Assembly (NCBI GenBank): GCA_033442325.1
Contig: JAWQFM010000033.1
Coordinates: 689,431 to 753,430, forward strand
Source of the DNA: Salpingoeca rosetta
Lineage: Eukaryota; Protista; Choanoflagellata
DNA length: 64,000 nt
Direction of reading: 5' to 3'
Below are positions 22,751-42,011 of this stretch, piece by piece (the stretch's first letter is position 1; every line of letters starts with the position of its first letter). The translations under genes were made by a program, and so were the position numbers. The notes below the pieces were generated by a model. That model was not told the DNA's origin and made no database searches. It saw nothing but the letters and a program-made list of their open reading frames with translations.

Positions 22751-23172
22751 TGACGGTTGATTGAGCTGGGATGTGTATTGGCGTGTCGAATGACAACAGC
22801 AAGCAACAAGGCGGGGAGAAAGCAAGGGTGCTTGCTCAAAACACAAAGAGGCGCGCACACGCACGCAAATGAAACAAACAGAGACCACCACAAACAACAT
22901 AGGAAAGCAGCAATCGTCGGTGCGGTGCAACGCACTCACGCACGACACACACAAGAATGAGGATAAAGAGGAGGCAATCAACAGAGTCAAAACAAGATGA
23001 AACAGACAAACAACCACCACTGACAAACAAGCACAAACAAACACCACGTTCGAGCAAAAGGCGCGTGTTGTGGTGGTTTGGTCGTGCCGTGACGTGATCA
23101 CACGGTCGTCATCGCCGTCGCCTTGTTGTCATCACCGTGCGCGTCCTCCTCGGCCTTGTCCATCGTGTCGAC

Positions 23173-23451
23173 TTACTTGCCGCCGCCATAGCAGACGAGG
23201 CCGCAGAGAGCGAGCGTGCAGGGCACATCGGAGTCGCAGGGGATGGCGCTACGGCAGTCGCAGCAGCAGTCCACGCTCTGGCACTTGATGCAGGTGGTGG
23301 GCTTCTTGCACTTGCACTGGCTCTCGCTCTCCATGCACAGGCACTCGCTCTTGCTGGCCAGACCAAGCTGGAACTCCTTGAAGCCGCAGATCTCGCAGAA
23401 GAAACCTGTGAGCAGCTTCAGGTCAGACACCTCGCGGTCGAGCATGGACAT
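23173..23451 (-). CDS. Small intronless Cys-rich protein (92 aa), unknown function
   Basis: MSMLDREV...ECLCMESESQCKCKKPTTCIKCQSVDCCCDCRSAIPCDSDVPCTLALCGLVC; GC3-rich coding-like codon use, no microsatellite. Confidence 0.75.
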   Translation of the reverse strand: MSMLDREVSDLKLLTGFFCEICGFKEFQLGLASKSECLCMESESQCKCKKPTTCIKCQSVDCCCDCRSAIPCDSDVPCTLALCGLVCYGGGK

Positions 23452-23916
23452 GGCTGGCTGGTCGGTTGGTGGGAGCAAGGGGAAGGGGGAAAGCGAGAAG
23501 GCGGCCGTTGGATGAGACAGAGAAGAAAAATGCCACGCACATAACCGCACAGCAGAGCAGGGTGACGAAGGGAAACGCGAACAAGCGAAAAAAAAGGGAA
23601 AGTGGGCGGTGCCAGTTGTTGCCACAATAGTTTATTATTTGGAATATTAGTTGAAGTTATACAATAAAAGACGCAAATCAAGTGCATTGCGCAAGATCCC
23701 GGTGACGTCACACAATAGCACGCAAGTCGCCGAAGCAAGCAACAAACGCAAGGGCAAGAGAGAGCGGAGAAACGAGGCGCGAGTGTGCACAGACAAAGAA
23801 GGCGCGCGCATACACAAGCGCACAAGCGTGCACACATAAGCGCACACATGCACAGTCACACACACACGCATACACACAAGCGCACACAAACACAAGCGCA
23901 CACATACATACATCAC

Positions 23917-26086
23917 TCACTCCGAGTCCCATGCATCATCATCAGACACGTCGCTGTCGTCGTCAGCCAGGACCAGGCCGCGCTCAAGAGCGTCGCGCAT
24001 GTAGGCAGCAGTGCGGCCAACAAACACGGCATCTGGCCAGCGCCAATTGACAGACTCGCGGTACACCCTGCACCACACCAAGGTCAAGGTGGGTAGCGCG
24101 GGGAGTGCCTGCATGTCCTCAATCGTGCACATGTGCAGAAACAGACGGTGCACGCCTTCAAGCCGCGCCCAGGTGGAGGCGTCGTTGATGCTGCAGCTGA
24201 GCATGCGACACGAATACACGTTAGACATGCGCGGCAGGCGCGCAGGCGGCCTCAGGGCACACAGCTCCACCAGTCGCACGTCTCGCACCGCCGTCAGCTC
24301 AAGCCCCTCGCCGCCATCCACCCTCAGCACATCGGCGTCCACGACAGACACCCGCCCGCTGCAGCTGCAAAGCTCCACGCGCTTGCACCCGGCAATCTCG
24401 GTACTGAGGAAATGGCACCGCGTCAGGTCGAGGTGGGTAATGCTGCGCAGGGCGGCAACACCGTCCACAGTGACTGGCACCTCGTGGTCCACGCTGATGG
24501 TCAGCCGCCGCACGTGCGCAAAGTGGCCCAGGTCAAGCGTTGGATAGGTGGTGCTGGTCCGTGCAGCTGGCAAGATTGCACAAGCACGGGTGCTGCTGTT
24601 GCCATCGCTGCTGTGCTGGTGGCCGTGGTCGTGGCGTTGGCTGTTGGTGTGGTCGTGGTCGTGGTTGTGGCTGTCGCTGTTGGTGTCGGCATTGCTGTCA
24701 TCAATGTCCTCGAGGACTAGCTCAACTTGGTTGCTGCTGCGTGCCTCGCCCTCCCTGGCGACTTCGCCTCCATCATTATCATCCTGCGCTTGCCCCTCTT
24801 CCTCCTCTTCTGCATGTGCTCCCCCTACACGCTCATCAACCTCGCCACCTCCTCGGCGGCTCGCGAGTCCAGCACCAACAGCATCGTCGTCGTGGTCGTC
24901 TTCGTCGTCACTGCCTGTGGTGATGCACAGCTGCAGTTGGCGCACGCACGCGGGGAGATTGGCAACGGCAGCGTCATGCACCAAAGCGCGCGTGGCCGTG
25001 AGCACGCAGTCTTTGATGCTGACAAAGACGTGGTCTGGGATGCAGTGCAGCAGGGAGAGGTCGCCCACTGCATCGCCACTCAGCCCGAGCCTGTCCACGC
25101 GCTGTCCTAAGGTGTGCAGCATGGCTGATGAGAGCGGCATCTTGAGGTGCACGCGGCGGGCGTGGCGGAAGGTCGGCAGCGCACGCAGCGATGGGCAGTC
25201 CTGGAGCGCAAAGTAGCCGAGTTGACCGCAGGTGGTGTGGTCACTGGCCGTGGTGGGAATGGTGGGAATGGTGGCGTTGCCGTCACGGTTGCTGCTGCTG
25301 TTCATGTTGTTACTGTTGCTGCTGCTACTGCTGTTGTTGTGTCGACCATGATCATCATGATGATCATCACCACCACCACCATGTGCAGCAGTACTCTTGC
25401 AAGCACCACCGCCACCAACACCACCGTCACTGCCATTGCCATTGGATAAGACCAGCTCCGTGATGCCAGCGCAGTCTGTGACCTCGATGCAGCGTGCGTG
25501 GGGCAGGTGCAGCACGCTTGGCAGGCCGCTGACATCAAAGAGAGACACGTCCTCGCAGTACAGCGCGTTGTGTGGCGCCTGCAGCCTGGCGCTGGTTAAG
25601 TGTAGTGTGGGGATGCGCGTGAGTGGGGTCAGGTCCACACCGTACATGCGATGAAGATGAACTTCACGTGCGGTGGACAGTGAAGACACGTCCTCAACCG
25701 CGGGCAGGTCAGACAGGTGCACGACGTCCACGCCAGCCAGGATGCTGATGTCTCGAATCAGGGTCGTGCCAAACCCGCCAATGTACACCGACCGCACACG
25801 CTGCATAGTCCCGCGTATGTGCTCTTGCGTGTCATGCACAAACCAGCACAGGTGGCCAATATCGACGAACTCGACGCTGTCCACGGTACTTGTCGCGTGC
25901 AGCGTGACGATATCGGCTTTCCGCACCGCAAGATGCTGCACCGGGCCTCGGACGCTGATGTTGAGGGAGCCCGTGCCGGCACTGTACCGGCTGCACACCT
26001 CAGCCAGCTCATCCGCATCCGCCTGGTTCATCAGCAGCGCCGACACCGAGTACCACGCAGGCTGCAACGCCTGCTGCTGCTGCTGC

Positions 26087-26140
<54 letters not shown>

Positions 26141-26181
26141 AGTTGTTGTTGTTGTTGTTGTTGTTGTAATTGTTGTTGTAG

Positions 26182-26219
<38 letters not shown>

Positions 26220-27012
26220 CTCTCGTGTGCCCGTTTGGGCTGCTGTTGGCTGCATCCTGGGGGCTAAGGCGATAGGGCTCGCCATCAGCATTGGCACAGC
26301 CGCCCTCTTCACTTCCATTGTCACTGTCGTCGCTGTCGGAGTGTGTTCGCCGCCACAACTCCAAGTCGGCCAGCGTCAAGTACCTGACCCGCACGCAGCG
26401 CCGGAAGTCGTCCCTAAACCAGGGCGGGTACCACGCGTCGGGTTTCAGCAGGAAGGGGCACTGGTGCCGCCACGTCATGCCCAGCCAGCTGTGCACAAGG
26501 AATCGCATCTGCAGCCACGCACGGTACCTCACCGGCGTCATGCCGCTAGCTGTGGCGGGGCATTGTTCCGCAGCCGTGTGGGTTTCTGCGACCGTGTCTG
26601 TAGCTTTGTCTGCAGCTGTGTCTGCAGCTGTGTCTGTGTCTGCAGTCGTGTCTTGCCGCGCATCCTCCGTGATGACTCCACATGCATCACCATGAGCGGC
26701 ATCATCCCCGTTGTTCCGTTCAACCGCACCCCCCTCCACCCCTAACCCATCATCGTCCTCATCGCCATCATCATCATCATCCAGCCAGGTCTCGGACACG
26801 GCACGCTTCATCCACACACTCCACTTTGGCATGGCCCACGGCAGATCGTGGTACAGCTCCCGGCACGTGAGCATGAGGTTCATAACCGAGCGCACGCGGG
26901 CCTTATCCTCATAGTCGCTCTCCACAACCCCATCATCATCATAACGATGGTCGTTGTCATTGTTGTTCAGCACATGCCCAGCCACAACCGCCCACACATC
27001 CACACTGAACAT
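23917..27012 (-). CDS. Intronless F-box-like/leucine-rich-repeat protein with poly-Q (likely start ATG 27012, MFSVDVW)
   Basis: About 1030-aa ORF. N-terminal WAVVAGHVL...VMNLMLTCRELY is a split F-box-like motif; degenerate LRRs such as DISILAGVDVVHL and DVSSLSTAREVHL. Paralogue at 42012-44419. Confidence 0.8.
26070..26219 (-). repeat. (CAA/CAG)n poly-glutamine tract inside the LRR gene
   Basis: (TTG)n on the + strand, in frame. Confidence 0.95.
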
Positions 27013-28177
27013 CTGCTGTTGGTGCGTGTCGCGTGTGCGTGCGTGCGTGTGTGTGTTATAACCGCATTGGAATTTTGTTTTAAGACTTCTATCAATCGTC
27101 CGAACCCATTGCGCGCAAATGTGAAGAAGCAAGACCAGCGAAGTCTGATGACACGAACACATCACACACACACCACGCACCACAGCAACGCACGCACGCG
27201 TCAACGCACAGCCTCTCTCCCTCTCACTCTTCGTGTGCAGCGAAAAAGGGTTGGGCCCGATGTCTCGATGCAAGACACAGCCATTTTTGCGTCCATTGAA
27301 ATGGCCATCATCAGCATCAGGCGCAGAAGCAGAAGCAAGACGCCGAAGAAACACTGCCCCCCACCCCCACCAGCAGCAACAACCCCGCCTCGCCATCACC
27401 ATCACTGAACGAGAATGTAACCATCGCCGCCGTGCTGCCACTGCAGCTGCTGCGACAAAGCAAGGAGCACACACCGCACTGCAAACAATGCGCCAGGTTA
27501 GTTGGTTGGAGCACAGAACAGAAGGAGGCAAGGAAGGAAGGAAGGAAGAAAGGAAGAAGAAACAACAACAACAACAATGTGCCAACCACACAGGCTTGCT
27601 TATGTTTGGGTGTGTGAGTGCGCTTGTGTTTGTGACTTTGTTACTTTTACACCAGCAGCAGCAGCAGCTGCTGCCACCACCTCCACAAAGTCTCACACAG
27701 CCTCGAGCCGATCATTTTCTTCTTCTTCTTCTTCTTCTCTTCCATCTGACTGGCTTGTTTGCCAATGCACCTGGCCATCCAAGGCATCACTTTCACCGTC
27801 CATCGACATTGTATCGACCGCACACGCACAAGCAAGTACGTGTACTCACAATCACACATGGATTGACAATCACACACACGCACACGCACACCCGCACCCG
27901 CACCCGCACCCGCACCCGCACACGCACACACACACACACACGCTCGCGCGCACACATACACGCACGCACACACACACACACACATGCACATGCACACACA
28001 TGCACACACACACACGCACACACCCATTCCCTCTCTCTCTCTCCCACACCTTCCCCGTCTCACATCTACATGTACATTCATTCGCATACCTAGCTGTAAC
28101 GGAGGAGACCTTTCTGGTTCCACAACCCTTCGCAGCAATCGAGCAGAAACAACAACTCCTCGCATCTGCCTGACAAG

Positions 28178-31100
28178 ATGCCGACCGCACGGCCACCGTC
28201 CGATATGGACACCGTGCCACTCGTGAACAAGGACGACGACAACGTGCGTGCCATCGACAACTACCTCGTCCCGGATGACCATGTGGTCAAGGTACCCGCG
28301 TCCAAGCTCGGCGCCGACGACGACAATTACACCAGCACCACCGCCGCCGTCAGCACCGCCAGCGGTAGCAGGAGCAAGCGCTTGGGCGTGGTGGGCGTTG
28401 CGCTGGGCTTCCTGGGCGTGCTCATCTTTGCCATCATCGTGGCCACGTCCCTCATCGCCCTCATGAACAGCGCCAGCCTCAAGGACACCGCCGTTCACTC
28501 CATGGACATCTACATCATGGATCCCAGTCCCGACGGAAACAGCGACAACAACAGCGGCGGCAGTGGTCATACATCTTCCTCCTCCTCCTCCTCCTCCTCC
28601 TCCGCCTCCTCCTCCTCCTCCTCCTCCTCCTCCTCCTCCTCCTCCTCCTCCTCCTCCTTCTCCTCCTCCTCCTCCTCCTCATCATCATCATCATCATCAA
28701 CATCGTCTTCTTCGTCGTCGGAGCCACGAGCGTTTGCATCGGCGCTGCCCTCGACAGTTCCAACACCAGACAACGCAGATGTCGTGGTGGCCATGAGCCT
28801 CGCACTGCCCACCATTGCCAGCATGCATGCCGTGTACCTCGACGACATGACCTGCACCGTCTTCGCCGATGGCCAGCAGCTGGCGCGCGCGTCCACGCCG
28901 CAGCTGGGCAGGCTTGGCGACCCCCACGTGTCGTTCAACCTCAGCATGCTCGCCACAAACCAGGACCTGCTGGGCCGCCTGCGCTCTGTGCTGCTCACAG
29001 ACAACATCGCCCCGATGACCACCCCTGCCCCCAATGCCTCAGCAGCAGGTGATGGTGGCGCTGGCGCAGTGCCCGTGTTCACGGCAGCCTGCGGCGTCAC
29101 CACGCGTGTGCGGCTCTTTGGCACCATCTCGACCGGCAGCTTTGTGATCCAGCGCACCTTCAACATCACCGACACGCTGATCAATGCTGCACAGTCCATC
29201 AGTGACCGCGCTGCTGCTACCAACGAGAACATTGACAGCGCCATGGGTGCAGGCCACACCGCCAGCACCGGCACGCACGATGAGCAGGAAGCACAGCACC
29301 CGCTGCTGCTGTATGTCCGCGGCCTTCTCTCGAACTCGTCATGGACCCCTGTGAAGCTCGGATCGGTGCCTGCAAGCATCCTGCGGCAGACCATGCCCGT
29401 TGCCAACATCACCGTGCACCTCCCGCCCACCGCGTTTCTCTTCTGGACACAGACGCCGCTCTCGTCAGCATCATCATCGTCAGCATCATCGTCATCATCG
29501 TCGTCAGCGCCCAACATGCCGAGCCACTTGGCGGTGTTTGGCCCCGTTGCGCCCTGTCGCATTGGCGAGGATGTGGTGGTGGTTGGCTTTCACCGCAACA
29601 GCGTGCCCATTGTCCGTGGCGGGCGCCTGAAGACGAGCATGCGCCTCAAGGTGCTGTCCTCCGCCACGGAGCTGGATGTCGTCGGCAACAACGCGTCGAC
29701 ACAGCTGCTGTCGCGCCTCGATGCACGCGGCTCTGACGGTGGCAGGGGCTTGCTGTCCCTGCTTGGCTTCCACCTCGCCTCCTCCCTCATCAAGGCGCAG
29801 TCGACATCGTACTTCCGCTCCGCCAACACCCACGACAACCTCCTCACCTTCCTCCTGGGCCACTTCCAGCTCGCACACATGAGCACCACCACACGCAGCA
29901 GCACCACCACCACCACCACGATTACGCCTTCGTCGCCCAACGCACCCCCACCACCGCCACCATCATCTTCATCATCAAACAGTGACGACAGCAGCAGCAG
30001 CAGCAGTGGTCGGCGCCGACGCCTTGTGCTGGACGAGGACAAGTGGGCCTACACAGCGCTGTATGTGGAGGTGCGCGTGTACGATACACTCGACGGGCAG
30101 GCGCAGGGCGGCCTGTCCGCCAACGTCACGCTGGCACAGGGCACCGGTGGTGTTGTTGAGCACGACATGCACGCCACCCTCGGCGCCGCGCTGTCGTTCC
30201 ACGGGAAGCTGCAGGCGAGCGTGGCCGGCGCTGTCGACTTCAACGACAACGACAAGACGATGAGCATTGCAGGGGAGGTGGAGACGCCCCAGTACCCGGC
30301 GGCGTGGGTCGCGGTGGACACGTGGTGGACGTGGTGGGAGGACGGCGACGCGCTGCACATCAACACCACACACACGACCACGTTTATGGAGAATGGCGAC
30401 GAGGCGAGCGGGCTGCTGCGCATCCAGGCTGACAAGGCAAGCAACGAGCTCTTTGTGCACCACACGATGACGAGTGACCGCGGGTTTGACACGACGATGC
30501 AGGTGCTGCGCGCCAACGCATCTACCCGCGACACGCGCGACTACCACATCCTGGAGGTGACGGTGAGCGAGGCCGCGGTGGCGGTGGACGAGGAGAGCAA
30601 GCTTGCGCTGGACGAGTGGCGTGGCATGTTGCTGCAGGTGGCACGCGCCAACAGCAGCAGCGGCGCGCACGCCATCCTCATGACCATCGACGCCGACCTG
30701 TCTGGCGTGGCGCTGGGCGGACCAACCACGTTCACCGCGCAGCTGTGGTCGGACGACGGCAGCACCATCGTCATGGACGCGGAGCTGAGCGGCGGCACCA
30801 ACGCCCTCCTCACGTGGCACTCCAACGTCACCACCAGCGACACGCCCCAGTATGACGTCATCGACTTTGACGTGACGCAGCTCGGCCTGTACGCGGACGG
30901 CGACCCCATCGTGGCCGTGGACACGTGGCACCGTTTCCGTGTGATGACGGTCAAGGGCGGCGTGTTTGACGTGGGCACGCGCGAGCTGGTGGTGTCTGTG
31001 CTGGTTGACTTTGAGGGCAGCGCACTGCCGCAGGACGCCGCCACGCTCGTCGCTGATGTCAGCGGCAACGGTGAAGTGATTGACATTGACGTTGCTGCCG

Positions 31101-34056
31101 TGGGCGACAACACGCTCAACATGACGTGGCACTCCAACGCCACGGCGGCGGAGGACGCAGACTACGACATTTTCCTCTTTGAGCTCCCGCGTGCCGGCTT
31201 CTACTGGAACGACGATGCCGTGTTTGCGGTCGACACCTGGCACCAGTTTGTCATCAAGAGCCTCAAGTCGGGTGGTGGTGGTGCTGGTGACGACCTGAAC
31301 GACTTTGAGGCGTGGGTGCTGTTTGACATGGAGGTTGGCGATGAGGTCGCTGCGATCAGCTTTGGTGCGTGGTACAACGACGGCGTGGTGTCGCTCAACA
31401 CGTCGTGGGCAGGCACGGACGCGCTGCTGTTTGCACTGCACGTCAACGCCACCAGCACAGAAGATGCAGACTACGACATCTTCCTCCTGGACATGCCGCG
31501 TGCCGGCTTCTACTGGAACGACGACGCCGTGTTTGCCGTCGACACCTGGCATCAGTTTGTCATCAAGTCTGTCAAAGTTGACACGGACGACCTCAACGAC
31601 TTTGAGGCGTGGGTGCTGTTTGACATGGAGATTGGCGATGAGGTTGGCACAATCACCTTCGAGGAATGGTACAACAACGACGTCCTCTCTTTCAACCTCT
31701 CATGGGCCGGTGTGGACACACTGCTGTTGACCGTGCACGCCAACGCCACCAGCACAGAAGATGCAGACTACGACATCTTCCTCCTGGACATGCCGCGTGC
31801 CGGCTTCTACTGGAACGATGATGCCTTCTTTGCGGTGACAGACTGGAGCGAGGGCACGATCAAGACCCTCAAAGCCGGCAGCAGTGCTGCGCTGAACGAC
31901 TTTGAGGCGTGGGTGCTGTTTGACATGGAGGTTGGCGATGAGGTTGGCACTTTTGCGTTTGAGGAATGGTACAACGGCGGTGTTCTGTCGTTCAACTCAT
32001 CGTGGACTGGCACGGACACAGTGCTGTGCACCGTGCACGCCAACGCCACCAGCACGGAGAACGCAGACTACGACATCTATCTCCTCGACATGCCACGTGC
32101 CGGCGTCTACCGCAACGGCGATGCCGTGTTTGCTGTCAAGGACTGGGACCACTTTGAGGTGTGGTCGGTGAAGAGCGGAGGCACACCCTCGCCCAACGAC
32201 GTGGTTGCGTCGTTCCTGGTCACGCTGGAGGGCGACCTGGTGCCCAAGGGCGAGATGAGCGAGGATTTCCACATGGCATCGCGCGACAACAGCTTCAACA
32301 TGACGTCCACTGTTGGGTTCCCCGCATCCTCGCTCACCCTCGTTGTGATGCGACAGGAGGTGGACAGCCACAACTACGTAACCTTTGATGTCACCCGTCA
32401 CCTGCACGGGATTGCTGTGCCGGAGGCGTTGGAGGACTGGCACGCGGACCTGGCCCTGGACCTGTACGATGATGGCCTGGGCAACTGCCACTTTGCCAAC
32501 GTGACCGATTTTGTGTTCATGCATGACCTCACGCGCGTATTTGTTGTGCACCCGCACTCGCTGCTGCACCTCTGCGATGACACGCGCACGCTCGGGATTG
32601 ACCTGCTGTTTGCCGTGACCACGCTCGGTGGCGCCGGCGGTGACGTCGGTGCTGTGGCCATGGTGCTGGACGCAGACTTTGATGACGCAGACAGCAGTGG
32701 TGGTGGTGGTGGCGATGACTTGCGTGCAAGCATCTCGCTTGGCCACTCGATGGTGCGACGCCCGGAGGAGGGGCCCGTGCAGGCGTGCGGTGTCCTGACG
32801 GGCGATGGGGATGGCGTGGACGCAACGGTGGAGGTGTGCGAGTATGTGACAGACTCGTCCGAGGCTGAGGTCGCGGACGGCAGCGCGCGTCTGTTCTTCC
32901 AGGAGACCATGGGCATCGAGAGCACAGGCATGAACATGACGTGGTCGCTCTCGGGCCTCCTGTTTGCCACCTCGGCTGGCTCAACCCTGCCAACCGTGCC
33001 CACCATCTCCACGACATCGTCATCATCATCGTCATCATCATCGTCATCGTCACCACCAGCATCGTCCTCGTCGTCAATGTCAACCAGCTCCTCTTCCACT
33101 TCGACGGCTCCGATTGCGACGAGCAACGAGACAACGACACCGCCAATCTTCACTAGCAGCAGCAGCAGCGGGCCGACGACCACAACCACCACCACCACCA
33201 CCACAACTACAACCACAACTACAACAACGGAGGCCGAGACGACTGTCGCAACGACGACCACCGCCACGACCACAACGACGCCCAAGAAGAAGCTGCGTGC
33301 GGTGAAGCTCAAGTTTGTGTTCCTGAAGGATTTCAGCGAGTGGACGACGGAGGCCGAGAACGGCACGGACAGCGACGAGTACAAGGCGCGCTACGATCTC
33401 TGGCAGAATCTCCTCAACGAGGGGTGAGCTGAAAGGGGGGAGGAGGGGTTGTGTGTGCATGCGTGTGTGGGTGTGCTTGTGCGTGTGCGTGTGCGTGTGT
33501 GTATGTGAGGGGGAGTGCGTGTGCGTGTGTGGGTAGGGGTGTGCGTGTGCGTGTGCGTGCAACTTTTGTTCCGTTTGGGGCACACTTTGACACTGTGTGT
33601 GTGTGCTTGCTTGATTGATTGTGTGTTTTCAGGCTGCTCGACCTGCTGTTGTCGCAAGTGATCAGCGAGGGCGCGCAGGAAGGCAGTGTCGTGTGGAATG
33701 CGCGCGTTGAGGATCGTGAGAAGGAGGACGTGGACGTCATCAAGACATCCGTCATGAAGCAAGGCGTCACATTCGCCTCTCTCGGCCAAGGAACCGTCCA
33801 AGGCGGTGAGTGTGCTGTGTGTGTGCACGTGTGTGCGTGCGTGTGTGTGTGTGTGTGTGCGCGCGATACGTGCACCGAGGCAAACTTGCTCACAGGCCGA
33901 CGTTCTGTTCGTGTGTTTGTTTCGGCAACAGACGTTGTGGATGACGACGGCAGCGACGACACTGGTACGTTGTGATGCGGCCTGCGCAGGCGTGTTTGGG
34001 CTCGCCTTATTTTGCGGCACGTGTCACGCAGTGCATCATCACGCGCCACTTACACA

Positions 34057-34097
<41 letters not shown>

Positions 34098-34487
34098 ACA
34101 CTCACACACACACACACACACATACAACTACTCACGCACACAACTACTCACGCACACGCACACACACACACACACACATCCGCAGGTGTGATTGTTGGAG
34201 CGGTGCTCGGCACGATTGCCGGCGTTGCGCTGATTGCGCTCATCTTTGTTCTCTACAACCGACGTGGGCAGCGCGAAGAGGAGGAGGCCGCCGAGAAGAA
34301 GCACGAAGAGGAGCTGAAGCAGCAGCACCATCACGAGCAGCAACACCACCACCGCCCGCACGAGCGCCGACACAACGTGTACGAGGCGCCCGCTGCTGTT
34401 ACGGGCGACAAGACAGACAAGAGCAGGCAGCGGCCAGGGGAATACCACCTCGAACACCACCACCGGGCAGTGGAGGTGGAGGTGTGA
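28178..34487 (+). CDS. Large membrane glycoprotein: N-terminal TM, internal ~100-aa repeats, S/T mucin stalk, SEA domain, C-terminal TM and short tail (exons 28178-33423, 33633-33805, ~33931-33964, 34186-34487)
   Basis: 1749-aa first exon with TM LGVVGVALGFLGVLIFAIIV. SEA-like FSEW..N..SDEY...EGSVVW; second TM GVIVGAVLGTIAGVALIALIFVLY followed by NRR. Junction phases are consistent. Confidence 0.85.
31126..32170 (+). repeat. Coding tandem repeat, ~300-312 bp unit, ~3.5-4 copies
   Basis: Recurrent HxNATSTEDADYDIFLLDMPRAGFYWNDDAVFAV...LNDFEAWVLFDMEVGDEV at ~31126, 31438, 31735, 32035. Confidence 0.95.
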
Positions 34488-34492
34488 TGATG

Positions 34493-34527
<35 letters not shown>

Positions 34528-34707
34528 GGGCTTGTTTCGGTTGTGGCTTTCATGTTGTTGGCTTGACACGTTCATTTTTGGGAGTGGGGAGCACGTAGCT
34601 GAGACAAGCCGACCCGTGTCAACAACCTTCATAAACGACAAGAGCTGTAACAATGGGATTGACATTGTTGGCGGTGTAGTGCGTGACAGTTGGCCAGATC
34701 ACTGCAT

Positions 34708-41583
<6,876 letters not shown>

Positions 41584-42011
41584 TTGGCGTGTGCGTGTGC
41601 ATCAGATCAGAGAAGCCAGGGTAAAGGGGGAAAATGCACGCCGAGGTTTGTGGTTGATGAGGCAAACAGCGCTTGTGCCACTGTCAGTTGGTAGACCAGT
41701 CAACGCAAGCAGACCTCGAAGAACGGCTGCAGCTGCAGCGGTGAGGAGAGGGGATGATGATGCGACCATGACGGCGGTTGCCGTCACCGTGTGGTGGCTG
41801 TTGATCTCGTTGCTTGTTGTTGTTGTCCTTGTTCGTTTGCTTGTGGTTGCGCGCGGAAAATTGGTTAAAACCTTCAACGACTTTTCTACAATCACAACAA
41901 ACAAGCGAAGGAGAAAGCGCTCCGCACTCGCTGTCCTACATCCAGCAAAGCAGCAAGAAGCCATCCCTCCATCCATCCGCTCCCCTGTTTCACTTGTTGT
42001 CAGTCCTCGCG

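Noticed and set aside
27013-27696. N-terminal extension of the 1259-aa ORF
   Set aside because: Non-ATG start and UTR/promoter-like low-complexity sequence. Paralogue similarity begins at MFSVDVW (27012).
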